NCBI GenBank assembly: GCA_965644315.1
Contig: CBFFRQ010000013.1
Location: 248,001 to 312,000 of the forward strand
Direction of reading: 5' to 3'
DNA from: Caecitellus pseudoparvulus
Lineage: Eukaryota; Protista; Bigyra: Bicosoecida
Length of the DNA: 64,000 nucleotides
Position numbers and translations under genes: made by a program. Within the stretch, counting starts at the first letter, position 1. Every line of letters starts with the position of its first letter. Under the pieces are notes generated by a model. The model did no database searches and had not been told where the DNA came from. It saw only the letters and a list, made by a program, of their open reading frames with translations. This document shows positions 58,401-64,000 of the stretch, piece after piece.

Positions 58401-61213
58401 CCGCCTTCAAGGGCGCCATGATCCCAGGCAAGGCCTTGGTGCCTGCAGTGTCCGTCTCCAGCAACTCTGGCATCAGCGGCGTGTCTGTGAACTTCGGGCG
58501 CCAGCCGTTCGTGTTCCCGCCGCCAGAGGGCTACTTGCCTGTCGAGGACCCGGCGCGCCCCTTCTCCTCATGGCTGGCACGCTTTGAGCACGCCGCCGAC
58601 GTGACTCGCCTGGTCCACCAGCGCTTGCCCCTGCCGCACAACGTTGTGAACATGGCGCTGAACGAGGAAGGCTGTGCAGGTGACGCCAAGGCCCTGCCAG
58701 GTGAGTTCGTGTCCGTGGACATGAAGTCCAGCAACTCATCCTCGTACCCCCCGGAAAACTTGATGAATGATGACGAGCACGCCATCTCATACGTGCAGAT
58801 CGGCGGTCAGCCAACGCACATGGTCTTCCGTGTTGCCCCTCGCACGGAAGCAGAGACTGCCGGGGATGGCGAAGAAGAGGGCGATGACGAAGAAGGCAGC
58901 AAGCCCGCCCGCCCGCAGCCGAAGGAATCCTCTGGCGTTGTCATCTCGCAAGTGCAGATCACCTTCGGCATGCCCTACAACTACGGCAACTACCCCGTGG
59001 AGGGCTGCATTTTCGCGTCCCAGCACGACGTGACAGACTTCGGGCAGTTCCAGTGGGCCAACCGCTTCACAGACAAGCACTTTGAAGCTTTCGCCCGCAA
59101 GAAACAGAAGGAAGCCATTTCTGCAGCCAGTGCAGCTGCATCCAAGGAGGGCGACGAAGCCGCCCTCGCCGCCAGGGTTGCTGACGCAGCCTCGGCTGCC
59201 CTGCGCAACCCCAAGACGCACGAGCCTGTGGGCTTCTTCTCCAAGAAGGCGCAGGAGGCGAACTGCACTGTGCAACTTCCGGTGCCGGTGAACGCCAAGT
59301 ACATCGTGGTGAAGTTCATGAAGCCCAACTCTGCTGGCATGCAGGCTTCCTCGTACTACTACGGCGGCAACACCAACGTGGCTGTGCAGTCCATCAAGTT
59401 CATGGGTGTGCTGGCTGACCACCCCCTCGCCTCTGTGTTCGGGTCCCCCTCCTTCGTGCCCAAGGCCGAGGAGCTGATGCGGGACATGAAGGCCCACGCG
59501 CTGAGCGAGAAGGCGGTGTGGACCTCCGAGCGGGATGCCTCCCTGGTGGAGCTGGCGCAGAGCGAAGCGACGAAGAAGGGCATCACGCCCGCCGACTTGG
59601 ACGCTGTCATGCTGACGCCGTCCCCGGAAGACCTCATGCGCTTTGACCCCATCAAGTTCCTGCCGCTGGGCGCCATCCAGGCGCGCTTTGCCATTATCAA
59701 GTACCTGAACCGCCTGGTGACTCCTCTGCTGAACTACGTGGACGTCTCCTCGCCACCTCCCCCGCCATCTGCCACCGAACAGTTGGCCACCATGCGTGCC
59801 ATGGCGACGGGGGACACTGTGGCAGCGGCCGCCAGCGGTGCTGGGGCCAGCCGCGCTGTGGATGAATCCCTCTCCACAGTTGTGCACCGCCTGAAGGGCA
59901 TGTACTTCACCAGCACGAAGATGACGGTGCTGGAGTCCCTGCTGGAGGCCAGCGGTGGTGGCAAGAAGCAGGCCAACCGCGGGGGCTTCGGCTCCTTCAA
60001 CTCCGGCTGGGAGGGCGCCCGGTCCATCCGCATCGCCGTCAACCGCATGCGGGCGAGCAAGGCCAAGGAGGAGCCTGAGACTGACCCTGAGGGCCTGCGC
60101 TCTGTGTTCGGGCAGGTGTTCAGCGCCCTGCGCTACTCTGACTACGCCCGCTTCCGAGGCGCAGGCAAGGGGGACCAGGCCTGGACTGTGGATCTGTTGG
60201 GGGAGGGCTCCATCGACGTCGGTGGCGCCTACCGTGAAATCGTCACCATGCTGTGTGAAGACTTGATGTCTGGTCTGGTGCCGCTGTTCATCCGCTGCCC
60301 GAACGGCGTGAACGAGGTCGGCCTGAACCGCGAGAAGGCCATCCTGAACCCCTCTGCGACATCCCCCCTGCACATGGCCATGTACGAGTTCCTGGGCGTG
60401 CTCTTCGGCATTTCCCTGCGCACTCGGTACAGCCTGCCCCTGGACCTGCCCTCCATGGTGTGGAAGCAGGTCAGCGGCGACGCCCTCACGCCGTCCGACC
60501 TGGACGGCGTGGACAAGCTCTGCCGGCAGGCGCTGGGCTCCATGGCCAACATGTCCGAAACTGACTTTGCAGAGCTGGAAGACACCTTCACCACAAAGCT
60601 GTCTGATGGCAGTGAAGTGGAGCTCAAGCCTGGCGGCCGCAGCATCCCCGTCACGTACGAGACCCGCACGGAGTTCATCGCCCGCGTCATCTCAGCGCGC
60701 CTGTCCGAGTCCAGGGCCCAAGCTGCTGCCATTCGCCGTGGCTTCAACCAAGTCGTGCCGCTGGGCATGCTGTCCCTCTTCGCGTGGCACGAGATTGAGC
60801 TGCTGGTCTGCGGCTCTCCCCGTATCGACATCGACCTGCTGCGCAAGCACTCCACGTACCGCTCAGGGCTGTCTCCCAACCACCCCGTCATCCAGAACTT
60901 CTGGATGGCGCTGCACAGCTTCAGCCAGGCAGAGCGCCGCCTGTTCCTGCGCTTCGTGTGGGGCCGCAACCGCCTGCCGACGCGGGAGGAAGACTGGACC
61001 TCGCCCTTCAGCATCACTGCCCTGTCGTCGTCCCGCACAGACTCGGACGACATGCTGCCGGTGTCCCACACGTGCTTCTTCCAGCTGGACTTGCCCCTGT
61101 ACTCCAACTTCGAGACCATGCGCAGCAAGCTGCTGTACGCCATCACGAACTGTACCGCCATCGACACGGACTTCTCAGCCAATGCGTCTGCCGTGTCCAT
61201 TTGGATGGACTAA
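40407..61213 (+). CDS. Giant (~6790 aa) HECT E3 ubiquitin ligase (HECTD4/HERC-like) with LamG, CUB-like x2, PA, UBA, SPRY and DOC/galactose-binding-like modules; exons 40407-40601, 40719-40779, 40850-40899, 41141-61213
   Basis: HECT motifs LLGEGSIDVGGAYRE, PLFIRCPN, LFLRFVWGRNRLP, LPVSHTCFFQLDLP (Cys codon 61073-61075). SPRY GKWYFEV...IIGCCVD...VNFGRQPF; UBA EGYPRQLCEKAW; PA AEAAGAVGIV...IPVLAV; LamG TLETWVR...WLHVALV...GLIGCW. Three GT-AG introns with matching phases (0,1,0). Confidence 0.9.
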
Positions 61214-61511
61214 AGCCTGCCCGTCCACCTTGTGCCAAACCATGTAGCCTGGCCATGCTTCAGAGTGTCTGCGCCAACTGCTGGTCGTTTAGCGATGTGG
61301 GGGTCTCGGGGGGGAGGCACCCAGAGGATTGCCCCGCCACCAAGTCAAGCGTGGGGCGTCGCCCTGAGTGCTCCCGCATCGCAACTTCGAACAGCAACGG
61401 CAAAACACCTTGTGACAGCCTCTCCCAGTGTGGGTGAGGTGCATGCTCCAATGCATTGACACGTGGTCCACAAGCCCACCTGCCGCCAGCTCTTGCTCCC
61501 CCCGCTGCACC

Positions 61512-62220
61512 ATGCAGGGAGCAGTGGAGGCTGCTGCAGCTGAGCTGCTGCACCACGGAGTGCGCCTCTTGGCCGGCAAGCCACATGCAACTGCAGAGCT
61601 CAGACGCAAACTACTCACTGTGTGCTGGAGGCGTCAGAGGTTTGGGAAGCGGCGAAGTACGCTGGCAACGCTTGGAGCTCGGTGCGGTATTTGAGCACGG
61701 CCCACCCCACGCTGTTTCTCCACAGGCGCCGAAAAGTACCGCGAAATCGACTGCGAAGCAGCTGTGGACCAGGTGCTTGTGCAACTGGATACGTACTTGG
61801 ATGACAAAGACTACGCCAACTGGCATGTGCGGCAACGGGCTCGTGCGTTGCCATGAGTTGAGAGCTGAAGCTGCAGCACGCTACAGCTTGCTGGGTAGCC
61901 CTCCTCCCATCACAGGGAACCGACCAAGATCCACCATACAGCTGAGATCTGAACTAGCGTTTAAGGGGGTCGATGGCGAGGTTGTAGCCACTGCGCTGGA
62001 TGAGTATGACGAGCCAGAGGCTGCCGGCAAGCTGGCACGCAAGCGCCTGCGCCGGCTAGGTTTCCTTGATGCAGCGGGGGCGCCTGTCGAGCAGATTACA
62101 GGTACTATTCGGCAGGATGTCGTAAAGTATTTGCTCGGTAGGGGATTCAGCATTACCTCCATCAAAGCTGCGCTGGCGGAGGTGGGTTCCGGACCGCCTC
62201 GCAGCGCGGAGCCACGGTGA
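61512..62220 (+). CDS. recX: RecX family protein (RecA regulator); exons 61512-61656, 61726-61842, 61916-62220
   Basis: Three helix-bundle signatures appear after splicing: GVRLLAGKPHATAELRRKL; VDQVLVQLDTYLDDKDYANWHVRQR; RSTIQLRSELAFKGVD...VVKYLLGRGFS. An in-frame upstream ATG at 61443 is an alternative start. Confidence 0.8.
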
Positions 62221-62382
62221 AGTAAGAACTGTCAAAACCAATGCTGCACAGCTCGCCTCCCGTGCCACCAAGTTCTGGGTAGCTTCCAACCTGGGGCTTG
62301 TATCAGCCCTTTGCCTTGTGGCGCCGCCCTTGCTTGAGCGGAGTCAGAGCAGTGCTCCATTGAGCATCCACGTTGGTGCCGA

Positions 62383-63483
62383 ATGAAGTGGCAGTTCACC
62401 CCCTTCGGGGAAGACCCACCGCCGGCTTTGCCTGCACAATGGAATTATTTCTACGTAGTCATTGCTTTAGCGCTTGCAACGGTGAGTTGTGGAGAGCAAG
62501 CAGGGGAGGGCGGCGCCTGGCGTTTCGCTGGCGTGCCATGAGCCTTACAAAGCTTGCCACACCTCGAATGTGGTCCCCTGACGCCCCCGTCTTGCAGGTG
62601 GGAGCATACACAGCCATCCAGTTCATTGAGTCGTTGGTACGGACGCCTGCGTTTTCATCCGCCATGGCCTTCCCGACAAGAAGCTTGCCAACGCTGCCTG
62701 CAGGTGGCAACGCAGGAGCGTTTGTCTCGCACAGAAGAGAATCAAAGCAACCTGAATGTGTTTGGCATCCTCGCCGCATCATTTTGCATCGGAGTGAACA
62801 GTGTTTGGGTCATGCACTTCATCAACACCAGCGCTGTGCGCCACGGTGTGAAGGTCGAGTACAACCTTGCCGAGACGCTGCTGAGCTTGGTGTTCATCCT
62901 GCTCTGCGCCTTTGTGGGCATATCCATCACAGCCTGCCATAAGGATGGCTTGCTTGGCCCCCCCAAAGCCTCCACGTACCACCTCACTCGCCTGCGCATG
63001 CCAGCCCCCGGCGCCTCCATCGTGCAGCACCTGAGCTTCATGTTGGAGCAGGTGCAGGACGCCGTGGGCTGGCGCCTAGCCTTGGGCGGCACCATTCTCG
63101 GGGCAGGTGTCGGGGCCATGCATTACACCGGCGTCAACGCTATCCGAGCCAACTTGGAGTTGTACATGGACCCTGTCTGGATGCTGACCAGCGTCCCCAT
63201 CGCTGCTGTCGGAGGCATGGCCATCATCTGGCTCATGTTCCACATGCACGGGTTCGTGAAGCGCTGCATCGCGGCAGTTATTTTGGGAATTGCAGTTAGC
63301 TTTGTGCACTTCTACGCTTACTTTGCCGGGACGTACTCTGCCCTTCCACGCGACCGCTGGGACCCAGACGCGTTTGCAAAAGAGGTCTTGGTAGAGGCGG
63401 AGCCCGCTGTGGTCGCTGCCACGCTGCTCTCCTCCGTCTTCCGCTTCCTCTTCCTTGGCATAATTTCTGCGGGTGCAGAGTGA
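62383..63483 (+). CDS. Stand-alone MHYT integral-membrane sensor domain protein (~305 aa); exons 62383-62481, 62598-62636, 62704-63483
   Basis: Motifs VWVMHFI, GAGVGAMHYTG, FVHFYA, each after TM hairpins; N-terminal VVIALALATVGAYTA is typical of MHYT. Confidence 0.82.
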
Positions 63484-63538
63484 GTGGCGCCAGACGTACA
63501 CCGCACAATGCATTCCTGGGGGAGCGGGCGCGCTGCGC

Positions 63539-64000
63539 TCACCAAAGGCTTTCGGTGCCGTTCTTCACGAACGTCATGTTGAAAAGCCGCCATCCCACCA
63601 CGTCTTCTGAGTAGGAGTAGGTGTTCCTGTTGAAGCCTGGGTCATTCACGAAGAGAGTGTCCACCGCCTCGTAGCGAGACTGCCCACCGCGCAGCTGGGC
63701 GGTGTCGGCCTCCTCCGCTCCGTCCCATCCAGTGACCAGCACGAAGTGGTGCCCATGCATCACATTTGCAATGACAGGCCTGCCAGACTTGAGCAGCTCG
63801 ATGATGGTGGTCACCGGCAGGTTGTTGGTGGGGTGCATCGCGTCAGACGGCCAAGAAATGTGCTCCGGGTTCACCCTGGGCACCACTGACTCAATGAGGT
63901 CGTTGCCAGAGGTGTACCCGCCGTGCGTCTTCAGCCAGCTGTTTAGGGTGCCGGGGTTGCTGGAGTCGCCCGAAATCTTAATTCCCTTGCCACCAATGGC
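63539..64000 (-). CDS. Peptidase C39-like (papain-fold) protein, 3' part; runs off the window end
   Basis: Frame open to 64000: NPGTLNSWLKTHGGY...GRPVIANV..GHHFVLVTGW...FVNDPG; the catalytic Cys would lie outside the window. Confidence 0.65.
   Translation of the reverse strand, partial: AIGGKGIKISGDSSNPGTLNSWLKTHGGYTSGNDLIESVVPRVNPEHISWPSDAMHPTNNLPVTTIIELLKSGRPVIANVMHGHHFVLVTGWDGAEEADTAQLRGGQSRYEAVDTLFVNDPGFNRNTYSYSEDVVGWRLFNMTFVKNGTESLW

Noticed and set aside
1-64000. Alternative genetic code or non-canonical introns
   Set aside because: TAA, TAG and TGA all end conserved proteins at the expected places, and every frame break I examined is explained by a GT-AG intron.
1-64000. Transposons, endogenous virophage or viral inserts, tRNA/rRNA genes
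   Set aside because: No transposase, integrase, capsid or RT ORF, no terminal repeats, no AT-rich island and no recognisable structural RNA by eye; a covariance-model scan would be needed to exclude small ncRNAs.

Overview
GC-rich, very gene-dense eukaryotic nuclear DNA, not prokaryotic. It has short GT-AG introns (mostly 60-125 nt) clustered at gene 5' ends, and convergent genes whose stop codons lie from 0 to about 60 bp apart. The actin signature ([29 protein letters not shown]) plus ciliary genes (TMEM138-like, TTC12-like) suggest a flagellated protist, probably a stramenopile (inference only). About 21 protein-coding genes are supported: a PP2A-B56/kinase fusion, a Methyltransf_16 enzyme, a MEST-like hydrolase, an LRR protein, an unknown mitochondrial-type protein, a CTL transporter, TTC12, BAR-SH3, HIBCH, a ~3500-aa IQ/Pro-rich repeat protein, FBXO9-like, an FHA-repeat-SAP protein, TMEM138, DIM1, PSMG4, ATP11, actin, a ~6800-aa HECT ligase, RecX, a stand-alone MHYT protein and a partial C39-like peptidase. 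Main findings: (1) three small upstream exons absent from the HECT ORF call give the giant ligase an N-terminus that mimics the histone H3 tail with Lys replaced by Arg (MARTRQTARRASGRAP), and the same protein carries FG-nucleoporin-like patches; (2) a Ki-67-like FHA/PP1-motif/CDK-Aurora-repeat/SAP protein; (3) a phosphatase-subunit-kinase fusion; (4) a triplicated unassigned domain in the IQ giant; (5) a palindromic AATGCATT motif at gene 3' ends. No rRNA, tRNA, CRISPR or mobile element was recognised. All exon models and domain calls were made by eye, with no database searches.
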